From positions 5,644,001 to 5,708,000 of the forward strand of contig CM075995.1 of the NCBI GenBank assembly GCA_038087875.1: DNA of 64,000 bases, written 5' to 3'. Made by a program: the position numbers and the translations under genes. Origin of the DNA: Malacoraja senta (lineage: Eukaryota). Positions 11,739-24,971 of the stretch are shown piece after piece. The first letter of the stretch is position 1. Every line of letters starts with the position of its first letter. The notes under the pieces were generated by a model. That model searched no databases. It saw only the letters and a program-made list of their open reading frames with translations, and was not told the DNA's origin.

Positions 11739-13274
11739 CAGTGCCCTCCATAATGTTTGGGACAAAGACCCATCATTTAATTATTTGCCTCTGTACTCCA
11801 CAATTTGAGATTTGTAATAAAACAAATCACATGTGGTTAAACTTCACATTGTCAGATTTTATCAAAGGGTATTTTTATATATTTTGTTTTCACCATGTAG
11901 AAATTACAGCTGTGTTTATACATAGTCCCCCCATTTTAGGACACCATACTGTTTGGGACATGCGACTTCACAGGTGTTTGTAATTGCTCAGGTGTGTTTA
12001 AATGTCTCCTTAATGCAGGTATAAGAGAGCTCTCAGCATCTAGTCTTTCCATCTCCTTTGGAAACTTGTATTGCTGTTTATCAACATTAGGACCAAAGTA
12101 AACCAAAATCAACTGTTTGGAACATCATTACGAATAAAGAGAGCACTGGTGAGCTTACTAATTGCAAAGGGACTGGCAGGCCAAGGAAGACCTCCACAGC
12201 TGATGACAGAAGAATTCTCTCGAAAATAAAGAAAAATCCCCAAACACCTGTCCGACAGATCAGAAACAGGTGTGGATTTGTCAATGACCACTGTCCGCAG
12301 AAGACTTCATGAACAGAAATACAGAGGTTAACCTGCAAGATGCAAACCACTGGTTAGCCGCAAAAATGGGATGGCCGGGTTACAGTTTGCCAAGAAGTAC
12401 TTAAAAGAGCAACCACAGTTCTGGAAAAAGGTCTTGTGGACAGATGAGACGAAGATTAACTTATATCAGAGTGATGGCAAGAGTATGGAGGAGAGAATGA
12501 ACTGCCCAAGATCCAAAGCATAGCACTTCATCTGTGAAACACAGTGGTGGGGGTGTAATGGCCTGGGCATGTATGGCTGCTGAAGGTACTGGCTCACTTA
12601 TCTTCATTGATGATACAACTGCTGATGGTAGTAGCATAATGAATTCTGAAGAGTATAGACACATCCTATCTGCTCAAGTTCAAACAAATGCCCCAAAACT
12701 CGTAGGCCGGCGGTTCATTCTACAGCAAGACAATGATCCCAAACATACTGCTAAAGCAACAAAGGAGTTTTTCAAAGCTAAAATATGGACAATTCTTGAG
12801 TGGCCATCGCCTGATCTGAACCCAATTGAGCATGCCTTTTATATGCTGAAGAGAAAACTGAAGGGGACTATCCCCCAAAACAAGCATAAGCTAAATCCGG
12901 CTGCAATAAAGGCCTGGCAGAGCATCACCAGAGAAGACACCCAGCAACTGGTGATGTCCATGAATCGCAGACTTCAAGCAGTCATTGCATGTAAAGGATA
13001 TGCAACAAAATACTAAACATGACTACTTTCATTTACATGACATTGCTGTGTCCCAAACATAATGGTGCCCTGAAATGGGAGGGGGACTATGTATGAACAC
13101 TGCTGTAATTTCTACATGGTGCAACCAAAATGTATAAAAATGGCCTTTATTAAAATCTGGCAATGTGCACTTTAACCACATGTGATTTTTTTCTATTACA
13201 AATCTCAAATTGTCGAGTACAGAGGCAAATAAATAAATGACGGGTCTTTGTCCCAAACATTATGGAGGGCACTG
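11739..13274 (+). mobile_element. Tc1/mariner DNA transposon, IR/DR type, decayed transposase
   Basis: TA|cagtgccctccataatgtttgggacaaagaccc...gggtctttgtcccaaacattatggagggcactg|TA. TIRs of about 220 bp with inner tgtttgggaca repeat. WTDE, QQDNDPKH and SPDLNPIE motifs, with frameshifts or deletions upstream of ORF 12534..13016. Confidence 0.95.
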
Positions 13275-13607
13275 TATGTCACAGAATTAGTTTAAGCTTC
13301 TCACCACTGACTTTTATATATGGTGGTTAAAATTTAATTGATCTTTCAGAGTTGGCACTTGGCCTCAGCTGTCAGAGCAGCCAAGGGGATACTAATGGAT
13401 TACAAAATGCATTCTATGCTCATGCAGTGAGTCACTGTCACAGAGGCACTGATAGATTAATGCAGGGAAGGGTGACCCAGAAGATTTCTGGCAAATTACA
13501 AAGCTGTTTGATGGAGACGATTCCACTTGTGGGCAAGTTTAAAGTTAATGGCCATCAATGTAAAGTGGTCATAAACAAATCTGATATAGAATTCATGAGA
13601 AGGTTCT

Positions 13608-14035
13608 TCAAGTCAAGTTACATTTATTTATATAGCACATTTAAAAAACAACTCTTGTTGGCCAAAGTGCTTTACATTTGTTATAAGAATAGTATAAACA
13701 AACAAACTACATACATATATACATATAGCCCTCGCTCAGAGGACGTCAAGAAAGGCTTGGGAGTACAGATACGTTTTTAGTCTTGACTTAAAGGAGTTGA
13801 TGGAGGGGGCAGTTCTGATGGGAAGATGGATGCTGTTCCACAGTCTAGGAGCTGCAACCGCAAAGGCGCGGTCGCCCCTGAGCTTATGCCTAGACCGCGG
13901 GATATTCAGCAACCCCAAGTCGGCCGATCTGAGGGACCTGGAGGTGGTGTGGTGGGTGAGAAGACTTTTAATATAGGTGGGGGCAAGCCCATTGAGGGCT
14001 TTGTAGACATTGAGGAGGATCTTGACATGTATTCG
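13608..14035 (-). mobile_element. L2-clade LINE 3' fragment
   Basis: KILLNVYKALNGLAPTYI...RSLRS...GDRAFAVAAPRLWNS...FKSRLKTYLYSQAF; aataaa and (cttga)n tail. Confidence 0.88.
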
Positions 14036-14102
14036 CCCCGAGGATGGAGAGAACACGCAGCTCACTAACCTCACACACACACACACATCCAAGAGAGATT
14101 CC

Positions 14103-14303
14103 ACACGGTGCATTGGCGCAGCGGTAGAGTTGCTGCCTCACAGCGCCAGAGACCCGGGTTCAATCCTGACTACGGGTGCTGTCTGTACGGAGTTTGTTCG
14201 CTCTCCCAGTGACCACGTAGGTTTTCTCCGGGTGCTCCGGTTTCCTCCCACACGCCAAAGGCATGGAGGTTTGTCGGCTAATTGGCTTCTGAAAATTGTC
14301 CCC
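14103..14303 (+). mobile_element. HE1-like tRNA-derived SINE, 3'-truncated
   Basis: A box tggcgcagcggtagag, B box ggttcaatcc, V-SINE-like core ggtttcctcccaca. Confidence 0.85.
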
Positions 14304-15113
14304 CACTGTCCCCCGCAAGGCAAATTCCTTGTATGTGAATACTTGGCCAATAAACTTATTCATTCATTCAAGATAACAAAGTGCTGGAGTAACTTAGCGG
14401 TCAGGTAGCATCTCAACGCAAAGTACTGAACATAGCGGGTCCTACAATGTCCTCTGTAATTCCATTCAACAGCAATCATGCCACTGAGTTAAGCAGTTTG
14501 AAGTAGTAATGATTCCAGTTTTGATAATTAAATAAATTACGTAAATACATTACTTCCCCGCTTATAGCCAATGGTGTAAACAGGAACAGGAATAAGGTTA
14601 TTCAGACCCAGCAGCCTGCTCCACGATTTAATTAGATCATGACATATCCGCATCTTAATTTAATTCATCCATGAAGCTCCATATTCCTTAATTAGCCTGT
14701 GCAACAAATATCAACCTTAGCCTTGAGGGTCTATTCAGAATTCATAGCCTTTTTCGGGGGAAAACAACTCCAGATGATTCTGGCCATCTCTGTGGAAATA
14801 CGCTGCCTGATTTAGAGTCGCAGAGTCATACAGACTCTTCGCCTCAACTTGCCCCATCTACACTAGTCCCACCTGCCTGCTTTTGGCCCACATCCCTGCA
14901 AACCCACCCTATCCAGGTACCGGTCTAAATGTGTCTTAATCATTGTGATAGTGCCTGCTAAACATTGCAATAGTACCCGTTTCTGCTGTTTAATGGCTTG
15001 ACTCATTTTAATATTGCAACCCTTAATGACATTTCCTCCTCCAACCAGCATAGTTTAAAATCTAGAGGCACAAGGAACTGCAGATGCTGGTTTACAATAA
15101 AAGACACAAGGTG

Positions 15114-15415
15114 TTTAGTTTAGATATAGCGCAGCAACAGACCCTTCGGCCCACCGTGTCTGTGCCAACCAACGATCCCCGTACGCTAAAACTATCCTGG
15201 ACACTAGGGACAATTTACAATTTTTACCGGACAAATAACCTAAAATCCTGTACATATTTGGAATGTTGGAGGAAACCAGCGGCACCCGTAGAAAACTCAC
15301 TCGGTCACGGGACGAACGTACAAACTCTATACAGGCAGCACCCGTAGTCAGGTTTGAACCTGGGTCTCTGGCGCTGTAAGGCAGCAACTCTACCGCTGCG
15401 CCATCGTACCGCCCT
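15114..15415 (-). mobile_element. HE1-like SINE
   Basis: Reverse-complement head, core and (TAAAC)n tail. Confidence 0.85.
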
Positions 15416-15716
15416 GGTGCTTGAGTAAGTCAGTGGATCAGGCAGCACCCCAGCAGAACATGGATCGGTGACGTTTCATGTTGGGACCATTCACGTCACC
15501 TATTAATGTTTTCCAAAGATGCTGTCTGTCTTGCTGGGTTAGTCCAGCACTGTGTCATTTTTTCCATCTATTCTGTTTAATCCCCTTTTCATTGAAATGC
15601 TTCAATCAGATCATTCAACAGCTTCTATAAATAAAGAATGCTAAGCCAAGTTTAAACCGACAAATATCTATGTTATTCGGGTGATCACTTCACAGCCAAT
15701 AAATCCTAACCACGGT

Positions 15717-16040
15717 TCAGGTTTAGTTTAGTTTAATTTCGAGATACAGTGCGTAAACAGGCCCTTCGGCTCACCGAGTCCGCGCCTACCAGCGATCCCC
15801 GCACATTCACACTATCCTACACACACTAGGGACAATTTGCATACACCAAGCCAATTAACCTACATACCTGTACATCTTTGGAGTGTGGGAGGAAACCGAA
15901 GATCTCGGAGAAAACCCACGCGGTCACACGGAGAACGTACAAACTCCGTACAGACAGCACCCATAGCCGGGATCAAACCTGGGTCTCCGGCGCTGCAAAC
16001 GCCGCAAGGCAACAACTCTACCGCAGCGCCACCGTGGTCA
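15717..16040 (-). mobile_element. HE1-like SINE
   Basis: Reverse-complement head, core and tail. Confidence 0.87.
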
Positions 16041-16723
16041 CCCCAAACTAAATGGAAATGGAAATCTAACATGCTGGAAATCCCAAAGAAAAAGAAAAAC
16101 ACAGCAAGTCAGGCATTTGCAGGAGGAGAAACAGAGTTAACATTTCGAACTGGGGAATCTTCGACAACAGATATGGCTGATTCAGGTCTCTGACCTGAAA
16201 CATGAAAACTGTTTCTCTCACTCAGTGTTTCCAAGAGTTTGCTTCAGTCTAAATGTAGTCATTGAGTCAAACAGCATGGAAACAGTTTCTTCGGCCCAAA
16301 TTGCCCAGGCCGACCAAGATGTTTCACTTATGTTAGCCCCACCTGACCACATTTGGCCCATATCCCTGTAAGCCTTTCCTATCCATACCTCTAAATGTTA
16401 TTTTAATGCCTCAACTACCTCCTCTGGCAGCTCTTGTTCCATATACCCACCACGCTCTCTGTGAAAAAGTTGCCCCTCAGGTTCCTATTAAATCTTTCCC
16501 CTCTCACCTTAAACCTGTGCCCTCTGGTTCGTGATTCCCCCACTCTGGGTAAAAGACTCTGGTGCATCCACACGAGGCTCTAAGCAAGGCTCTGAATAAC
16601 TAAACCACAGATTCCCCGACACCCCATAATGCATTCAAAGTATGTGCACCTGGTATCAGTGAGGAGTGAAACAGTGCATGGTGTTGGTAATAAAAGTCAA
16701 AGAAGTTAAGTGATAGGCCTTAC

Positions 16724-16828
16724 CCTGATGTAAGCATCCTGATGATGCTTGGCAAAGTACAGCATGTTGTCAAGGGCCAGCATTCCTGGTGGCGTCTCCG
16801 TAAAATCCATGGCGGGATTCACATGATT
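16724..16828 (-). CDS. ELMO1: ELMO1 105-nt exon (human exon ~14): [35 protein letters not shown]
   Basis: cttttcctctcccctgctctag|AATCATGTG...TACATCAGG|gtaagg; phase 0-0. Confidence 0.96.
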
Positions 16829-17479
16829 CTAGAGCAGGGGAGAGGAAAAGCAAATGTTTACACAGACAGCAGCGGTTTCCCAAACAAGCAGATCTCCGCT
16901 GCCTTGGATCAACAGCTTGCACAATTATGACAACATGCAGAGACTGTCAGGGGTCAGGCCATCAGGAGTTATGGGGAAAAGGCAGGACAACGGGGTTGAG
17001 AAGGAAAGATAGATTCGACATGATTAAATGGCAGAGTTGACTTGATGGGCTGAATAGCCTAATTCTGCTCCTACAACTTATGAACATGAAACTGCAGATG
17101 TGGGAATCTTGAGCAAAACTTATAGAGTGTTGGAGGAACTCAGCAGATCAGACAGCATCTGTGGCGGTAATGGTCTTCAGAAGAAGGTCCCTATCCGAAA
17201 CGTTGACTGTCCATCCCCTCCACAGACGCTACCTGACCCGCTGAGATCCTCCAACAATTTGTCTTTTGATCACTATTATAATCACACGAGCAGGTAGCAT
17301 TTAGTCCGATATTAAGGTAGCACAGAATGAGGCCCCTTGTCCCACTGTGCTTATTGTGTCTCCGTAGAAGAATAACCAGACCCATTCCTTTCCCCTTCCT
17401 TCCCAGCTGTACAAAAACTACCTCCAATTTAATACATTCAATTCCCTTTGACACTTGGTATTGAATCCATTTGGAGATG

Positions 17480-17580
17480 TAGGTTGAGAGATGACTATTG
17501 ACCAAAAGACCAGGGAGAACCACCTTGCACTTCTTCAAAATATATTAAAGTGCAATATTCCTTCTGAACTGCACTGCACT
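17480..17580 (-). repeat. Possible DeuSINE (SacSINE1/AmnSINE1-like) fragment, old
   Basis: ggttgagagatgactattgaccaaaagaccagggagaaccaccttgcacttcttcaaaata resembles the Deu-domain reverse complement as recalled; a similar piece lies at ~20700-20815 (+). Confidence 0.4.
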
Positions 17581-18687
17581 TCAATGCATATGCTTCCATA
17601 AGTTCTCAGAGCAAAATTAGGCCATTCGGCCCATCAAGTCTACTCCGCCTTTCAACAGGGTTGATCTATCTCTCCCTCCTAATCCAATCTCCTTGCCTTC
17701 TCCCTATAACCCCTGACACCCGTACTAATCAAACTCAGGGGTAACCATTCTCGGCACCACTGCTAATCACTGAAGAAGGCAAATTTGAGCAATGACTCTT
17801 CACCTTTTGGCAAATTTATGATTATTTAAACTCTATGAGGAGTAAAAGATCAAAATTATGAGTGAACCTCAGAATCCAGATACAGGGACATGGATCATGG
17901 ATAGGAAAGGTTTAGAGGGATTTGGGCCAAATGTGGCCAAATGGGACTAGCTCAGGTGGAGTATCATGGTCGGTCGGAACGAGTTGGATCGTAGGGACTG
18001 TTTCCGTGCTGTAGATGCCAGTAGACTCTAGGGACAGGAAAGGGTAAGAAAGATTGAGTGAGCAGGAAAAAAAAAAATAGACTGCTAAGTGAAATACAAA
18101 ATAAACATTACATTTAAAACACAACTATGCAGCATTTTTAGCGTGACATTTGCAAAAGTTATCTCCCTCCCTCGTCCCTGAGGGAGAGTGGCAGTAATTA
18201 CAAATTATCAATTAATGAAAAGGATCCTGAAATGTATATCACTCTAACATGCTGTGACAAGTTTGCTTTGAATTTACAATGCAAATGCTGTGCCTTCCAC
18301 CATTCAATGCTTTTTAATCACGAGAATATATTTCACCAGTCTGAGTGCAGATTACCACGGGTTAAGACAGTATTTCATCTTTGGTTTAACTGTGTATCTG
18401 CCCCTCATCCAAGGTTGTGGTGCCATTTACTTATCAATAATGGAGAAAGCCATTAGGTTCACTGTTATTTTGGCAGCAAATCTTAGCCCAATGAGACTCT
18501 TAATTATATAAAAGTGGCTCAAGTCTCTGAATTATTTTAAAGCCATCAGTCACAAAAAAATCATGCATTAGCAGAAATAAAAGTTATAAAAACAGGAAGT
18601 TGGAAGTTGTTTAACAACACAGGCACTTTGTGTTTTGCGTGTGCTTGATTTATGCATTTTTAGAGGTATACGTTTGTCTAATTACTA

Positions 18688-18968
18688 GTTTATTTTAGAG
18701 ATACAGCGCCTTCGCCCCACAGATTCTGCGCCGACCACTAACACTATCCTACACACAATAGGGACAATTTACATTTATATCATGCCAATTAACCTGCAAA
18801 CCTGTACGTCTTTGGAGTGTGGGTGGAAACCGGAGCACCCGGGCAAAACCCACGAAGGTCAGCGGGAGAACGTAAAACTCCGCACAGACAACACCCATAG
18901 TTAGGATCGAACCCGGGTCTGTGGCACTGTAGGGCAGCAACTCTACCACTGTGCCACCGTGCTGCCCC
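18688..18968 (-). mobile_element. HE1-like SINE
   Basis: Reverse-complement head, core and tail. Confidence 0.85.
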
Positions 18969-19769
18969 AAAGTTTAATTTACATGCTCCTATTTTAAGAA
19001 TAACGCACTCAAATTTATGCCTGACACCGTATGGCAGTGTAGTCATGTGCGGCGCTTAGCATGTGTTTGATTATCTCGCTTTTTGATTTACGCTCCCCTT
19101 TTCCTGCACGCAACCTCCGCAAAAAACACTAGGTGCCTGTACTACTGTTTGTTTTAAGGCTTTCTTTCCCTCATGAAACCATATGATCCCATCTTAATTC
19201 CAACAATTTTATCAATGCAACGCTCTTCACCCCTTACTGAAAACAGTAAAATGTCAACAACAAACACTTGAAATGTCAAATACATCTTTCAATTTCTTGT
19301 TCATTTCACTGGTAAAAGGTCAAGCATGCAATTTCAAATATTAACTCAAAAGGCTTTTACTCAGCTGCACTGACGGGTCAACCTTCCCTGCTCAGGATTT
19401 TTTAAAGATCAAGTCTCAGAATATAAAAGGATCTAAAAAGGATGTGCAAGCAGCTCTTGAAATAAAGTTACGAGCATCACTTTCCCCAACAATGGTCCAA
19501 ATCGACAACTAGCCATGAACTGTGACTTTGTGGTCACACTCCTGAAGACAGGAGGACATGCGTTCTGGGCCCCCATCAGATACTTGCATTCCAAATTAAG
19601 CTGCCACTTCAGTCAGAGATGACATCCGTCAAGCAAAATGGGAAACCATTTGGACCTGTAAGAGGATGCCAAGGGGTCTTACCAGACTGTTCAAATCAAG
19701 ACAGAAGATATCCCTCTGCTTCCAACCACCTCACCCTGATCATCTGGATACAATTTAGCATTCAAGTAA

Positions 19770-20690
19770 TCTCAGTGAGACAGGTTGTTTGATGACTATG
19801 AGGAATTGATGGCTTTGAGGCCAGGTTCGTGGATGATACGGAGATAGGTGAAGGGGCAGGTAGTGTTGAGGAAGCAGGGAATCTGCAGAAGGACTTGGAC
19901 TGGTTAGCAGATTGGGAAAATGGAATACTGCGTAGCAAAGTGTACGACCATGCATTTTGGTAGTAGCAATAAAGGTGTCAACTACTTTCTAAATGGGGAA
20001 AGGATTCAAAATTCGGATGCGCAAAGGGACTTGAGTGTGCTGGTGCAGGATCCCAAATGGTTAATTTGCAAGCTGTGTTGGTAGTAAGGAAGGCAAAATG
20101 TAATGCTAGCTTTCATTTCGAAGGGACATGAATATAAAAGCAGGGATGTAATGCTGAGGCTTTATAAGGCGCTGATGAGGATGCATCAGGAATATTGTGA
20201 GCAGTTTTGGTCCCCATATCTGTGAAAGGTTCCAGAAGAGGTTTACGAGAATGATTCCGTGGATGATTGGGTATGAGGAGCGTCTGATGGATCTGGGTCT
20301 GTACTTGCTGGAGTTTAGAAGGATGAGGGGTAAATCTCATTGAAACCAACCAGATAATTAAAGACCTAGATGGAGTGGTTGCCAAAAGAATGTTTCCAGT
20401 AATGGGAGAGTCTAGGACCAGGCGGCACAGCCTCAGAATTAAAATACATTCCTTTAGAATGGATATGAGGAGGAATTTCTTTAGGCAGAGGGTGGTGAAT
20501 CCATGGAATTCATTGCCACAGAGGCTATGGAGGTCATCATTGGGTATTTTTAAGGCTGAGATTGATAGGTTCTTGATTATGGGTGCCAAAGGTTACAGAG
20601 AAGGTAGGAGAATAGTGCTGAGAAGGAAAAATAGATCAGCCGTGATTGAATGGTGGAGTAGGCCTGATGGTATGATCCTATGTATTATGG
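19770..20690 (+). mobile_element. Old CR1 LINE 3' part
   Basis: Degenerate FVDDT motif, MFPVMGESRTR...FFRQRVVNPWNSLPQ. Confidence 0.8.
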
Positions 20691-21800
20691 TCTTATTTCA
20701 TTGCTACGTGTGGGACCTGATTGTGCACTTAATCATTACAAAGTTTGTTCACAAAGCAATGACAACTCCAATTCAAAAAAACTTTGTTGGCTTCAAAGGT
20801 CTTTGGAATATCCTTAAATTTTACAAGCTCAATTTTCTTTTGCCAACAAATTGCTGAGGAATGTAAGATCAATAACGTACAGGAACAAGTATAAAATTAG
20901 GTTCATTATTGTTGTCATGTGTACCGAGGAACAGTGAGTGAAAAGCTTTGTTTTGCATGCTATCCAATCAAGTCAGATAAAACTATGAATTAATAGAATC
21001 AAGCCAAACTCAAGTACAATAGTACTCTGAACAAAGAGGAAGATACAGAGTGCAGAATCTAGTTCTCAGCATTGTAGTGCACCTGTTCCATGCCCGAAGT
21101 CCAATATCCACCATGGGGTAGAGGTGAATCAGCCAGAACACCAGGTTATGGAAGGACTGTTGAGAATAGAGGGGTAGAAGCATGTTGCTGAGTCTGGTGG
21201 TACGTGCCTTGTAGCCTCCGTACCTTCTGCCCAACAAGAGTGTGGAGAAGGAGAAATGCCCAGAGTGGGACAAGTCTTTGACTATGTGGGTTGCTCTTCT
21301 GAGACAGGGTGAAGTGTAGCTGGAGTCTACAGAGAGAAGGATGGGAAGGGGTGGCCACTGCCGGCGAAGGGAGGCACTTTGCGAATTGCACACAATTTCG
21401 AATTGCACTAAACTCAGGCTTACGATGGAGGGAAGACGTTAGCCACTCGAATGAAACAGCACTAAGTTACCCAGGATTAGTGAAAACTTACACTTAGGTG
21501 CCCAACACCCAGTGTTGGAAATGATTGGCAATGTAAACGTTAGGTGGTGCTCTTTTATCAGAAAACAATATTTACGACATTGTAGTTTCAAGCGCAAGGC
21601 AACACACCCGACTTATTTCTTACTATAATAGTTGCCTTCTTCAATAAGGTTTTCTGATCTCTTCATTGCTACTCTGCAGGCTTGTAGTAAAGCAAGGAAA
21701 GAAGGAAGTAGCGTTTTTGTCAATTTACAATTGATTTAGAATGACACATTTTCTTATTGCCATGACCCTAGCCTCAATATCTATTTGCACACAACAGCAC

Positions 21801-22101
21801 GGGCACAGGGTGGCACGGTGGTAGTGTTGCTGCCTCACAGCGCCTGAGACCTGGGTTCAATCCTGACTGCGGGTGCTGTCTGTACGGAGTTTGTATGTTC
21901 TCCCCGTCAACATGTGAGTTTCCCCGGGTGCTTCAGTTTCCTCCCACATTCTAAAGAAGCACAAGTTTGAAGGTTAATTGGCATCAGTAAAAATTGTAAA
22001 CTGTTCCTAGTGTATAGTATAGCACTAGCGTAATGCAATCGCTGGTTGGCGCGGACTCGGTGGGCCAAAGGGCCTGTTTCCACGCTGTATCTCTAAACTA
22101 A
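21801..22101 (+). mobile_element. HE1-like SINE
   Basis: Head with B box ggttcaatcc, core, gtatctctaaactaaa tail. Confidence 0.85.
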
Positions 22102-23289
22102 AGATGACATGAATGTGTCCCAAGGTCAAGGTAACTGTTGTTGAGGTAAACATTAAAGAGTGCACTCTGTATCTGTGAGACTACATTCAGCCAGGAGCCT
22201 CAAACCTTCAAGCGAATTGAAGGTGGGGATAGAAAAGAGACAAACTGGTTCCTGATTCCCACTGCGACTGCAGTTTCACAGGTGCTTTTAGTTAATCTCG
22301 CATTTGAACAGCCAGATTGAAAGCCAAATAGAACGTAATCGATCAAAGAAACAAAAGCAATAAGTGACGCAAGGCCATCCATCAAGCAGCTTTTTTCCAA
22401 AAAACAACCAGACAGCTGAGCACAGCGTGGTGCTGAGCAATGCTCCTTTCAACTATAAGTGCTACACTGATAAATAACCCAGAGGCAATGGTCAGTGTGT
22501 GATTCAGTCGCCAGGAGCATTTACCTACCACAGAAATGAATCTTCTAATAACACAAACTCACTCTGAAAAGCTGCTGCGGTAATGCTTTACCAAAGAGCC
22601 TTTGATTTTGTTTCATAAAATCGCAGTCTGTGAAAAACTAACAGCAATGTTCAATAGTGAAATTGACTCTGCTAGTAATTCATGATATGAATCATTAAAA
22701 TGAAACGTCCGCAAAGCAGATAAAATAATCAGCATACTGGAGGGAAATGATGAAACACAATTAAGAAAGATTTCGCTGGCTATTCAGAAAATAAATCCTT
22801 GACCATAACAGAATTGAGAAATATTCTGCACTGCTGGGGAAAAAAACAAGCGAATTTATAATTATGGATAAGTAGAACTAATTTATTCATGGAAATGAAT
22901 CCGAATTAATTTGGGATTCAAAGCCCTAATGATAACTGAAAAGATTTCAACAGTTCAAAGGGAGCAATGCTGGAATACTTCTATTACTCATGCAAACCTA
23001 TTTTAAATTTAAATTGCTTTGTTGTCAATTCCTACCATACCAAGAGCCAATGATCTCAGCCGGGATGGTAGATGCAATGAATCACCTGGGAAGATGCAGT
23101 GCTTTTTTGTTCTGCATAAATAATGATTGGCCTATTTATAAATGTGATCCAACCATGTCATGCCAAAAAATTGGCCAAAAATCTTGGTCTTCAAAGGTGG
23201 TTTGCTGCCAATCAGTCAACCTTCCCAACTGAAACACAGTCGATAAAATAAGTAACGTCTTTCTTACAAAAACAGGAACGGATTTTATA

Positions 23290-23805
23290 GACACATAGAA
23301 AATCATGTTGTGCAGCACTGAAACAGGTCGTTCAACCCCTTGCCCCTGCTGACCAAGATGCCTCATCCACACTAGTCCCACCTGCCTGCATTTGCCCCAT
23401 AGCCCTCTAAACATTTCCTATCTGTATCTGTCCAAATGTCTTTTAAATGTTGTTATTTTACCTGCCTCAGCTAACTCTAGCAGCTTGTTCTAAATGCCCA
23501 CCATCCTCTGTGTGGAAAAGTCGTGCCTAAGATTCCTAGCATTTCTTTCCCCTCTCACCTTAAACCTATGTCCTCCGGTTCTTGATTCCCCTACTCGGTG
23601 GTCCCTGTTTTTGCAATAAAGACTGTGCATTTGCCCAAATCTATTCTTCTCATGATCTTATACATCTCTGTAAGATCACCCCATCATTTTTCTGCGCTCC
23701 AAGAAATAAAGTCCTAGCCTGCCCAACCTCTCCCAATAGCCACTCAAGACCTGGCAAGATCCTCGTAAATCTTCTGTGCAATCTTTCCAGCTGAAAAACA
23801 TCCTT
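23290..23805 (-). mobile_element. CR1 (HER1-like) 3' fragment
   Basis: LERLHRRFTRILPGLE; CR1-type tail. Confidence 0.75.
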
Positions 23806-23857
23806 CCTTCCCACTTGCCAACTAATCAAGATCCTGATGTATTTTTTGATAACCATC

Positions 23858-24257
23858 TTTAGAAGAATGAGGGGGAACCTCATTTAAACTTACAGAATAG
23901 TGAAAGGCTTGGATAGAGTGGATGCGGAGAGGATGTTTCCACTAGTGGGAGAGTCTCGGACTAGAGATCATAGCCTCAGAATTAAAGGATGTTCTTTTAG
24001 GAAGGAAATGAGGAGGAATTTCTTTTGTCAGAGGGTGGTGAATCTGTGGAATTCTTTGCCACAGATGGCTGTGGAGGCCAAGTCAGTGGATATTTTTAAG
24101 GCAAGGATAGATAGATTCTTGATTAGTACGAGTGTCAGAGGTTATGGGGAGAAAGCAGGAGAATGGGGTGAGGAGGGAGAGATAGATCAGCCATGATTGA
24201 ATGGCAGAGTAGACTTGATGGGCTAAATGGCTTAATTCTGCTCCTATCACTTATGAG
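23858..24257 (+). mobile_element. CR1 3' fragment
   Basis: KGLDRVDAERMFPLVGESRTR...QRVVNLWNSLPQ. Confidence 0.85.
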
Positions 24258-24842
24258 CTTCATTATCTATGATACCACCTACTTTAGTATCATCTGCAAA
24301 CTTACTAATCATACTTTCTACATTCTCATCCAAATCATTGATATAAACCACAAACAGCAATGGGCCCAGCACCGATCCTTGAGGCAACCCATTAGTCGCA
24401 GTCAGATTTTGGGGTGAATAAACAGGAATGGGAAAAGAACATTGAAATATTAATTAACGTAAAATGGATTCAGCAGCATTATTAACCCATCTGGAATTGA
24501 TCCCTGCTCTAGTTTCAGTTGGGAGAGAATTGTTATCAAAATGGTAGAGAGGACTCTGAGAATAAGAACTCTTAACACAACCTGATAAAGCCACTAAGTG
24601 CTGGAGTGACTCTACGGGTCTGCAGGACATGCATTGGTGATGTTTTGGGTCGGGACCCTTCTTCATAGTCTAAAGAACTGAAAAGTCACCTATCCATGTT
24701 CTCCAGAGATGCTGCCCGAGTTACTCCAGCACTTTGTGTCTTTCTTTGTAAACCAGCGCCTGCAGTTCTTTGTGTGTCTCTCTTGAAACAACCTTGCGTT
24801 TCGCCCTCTTGCAGTATTTTCCCAATGAATGAGTGAACTTAC

Positions 24843-24971
24843 AATGAAGCCCAGCTTTTTATAATCCCTGGTGTACATGGATTTCCGTTTCTCAATGCTA
24901 CCGCTGTTGCTTGGTTCCAGTTCTACATCGAACGCAATCCTCCGTAGTTCAAAGATGATGTCTCTTTGTGC
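24843..24971 (-). CDS. ELMO1: ELMO1 129-nt exon (human exon ~13): [43 protein letters not shown]
   Basis: tttgttttacag|GCACAAAGA...GGCTTCATT|gtaagt; phase 0-0; start of the ELMO domain region. Confidence 0.96.

Noticed and set aside
12534..13016. Apparent DD32E spacing suggesting a new Tc1 class
   Set aside because: WPSPDLNPIE is the usual WPSQSPDLNPIE with a two-codon deletion in a decayed copy.
14103..14180. tRNA-like A/B boxes as tRNA genes (also in other HE1 heads)
   Set aside because: All continue into the SINE core and tail, so they are SINE heads rather than tRNA genes.
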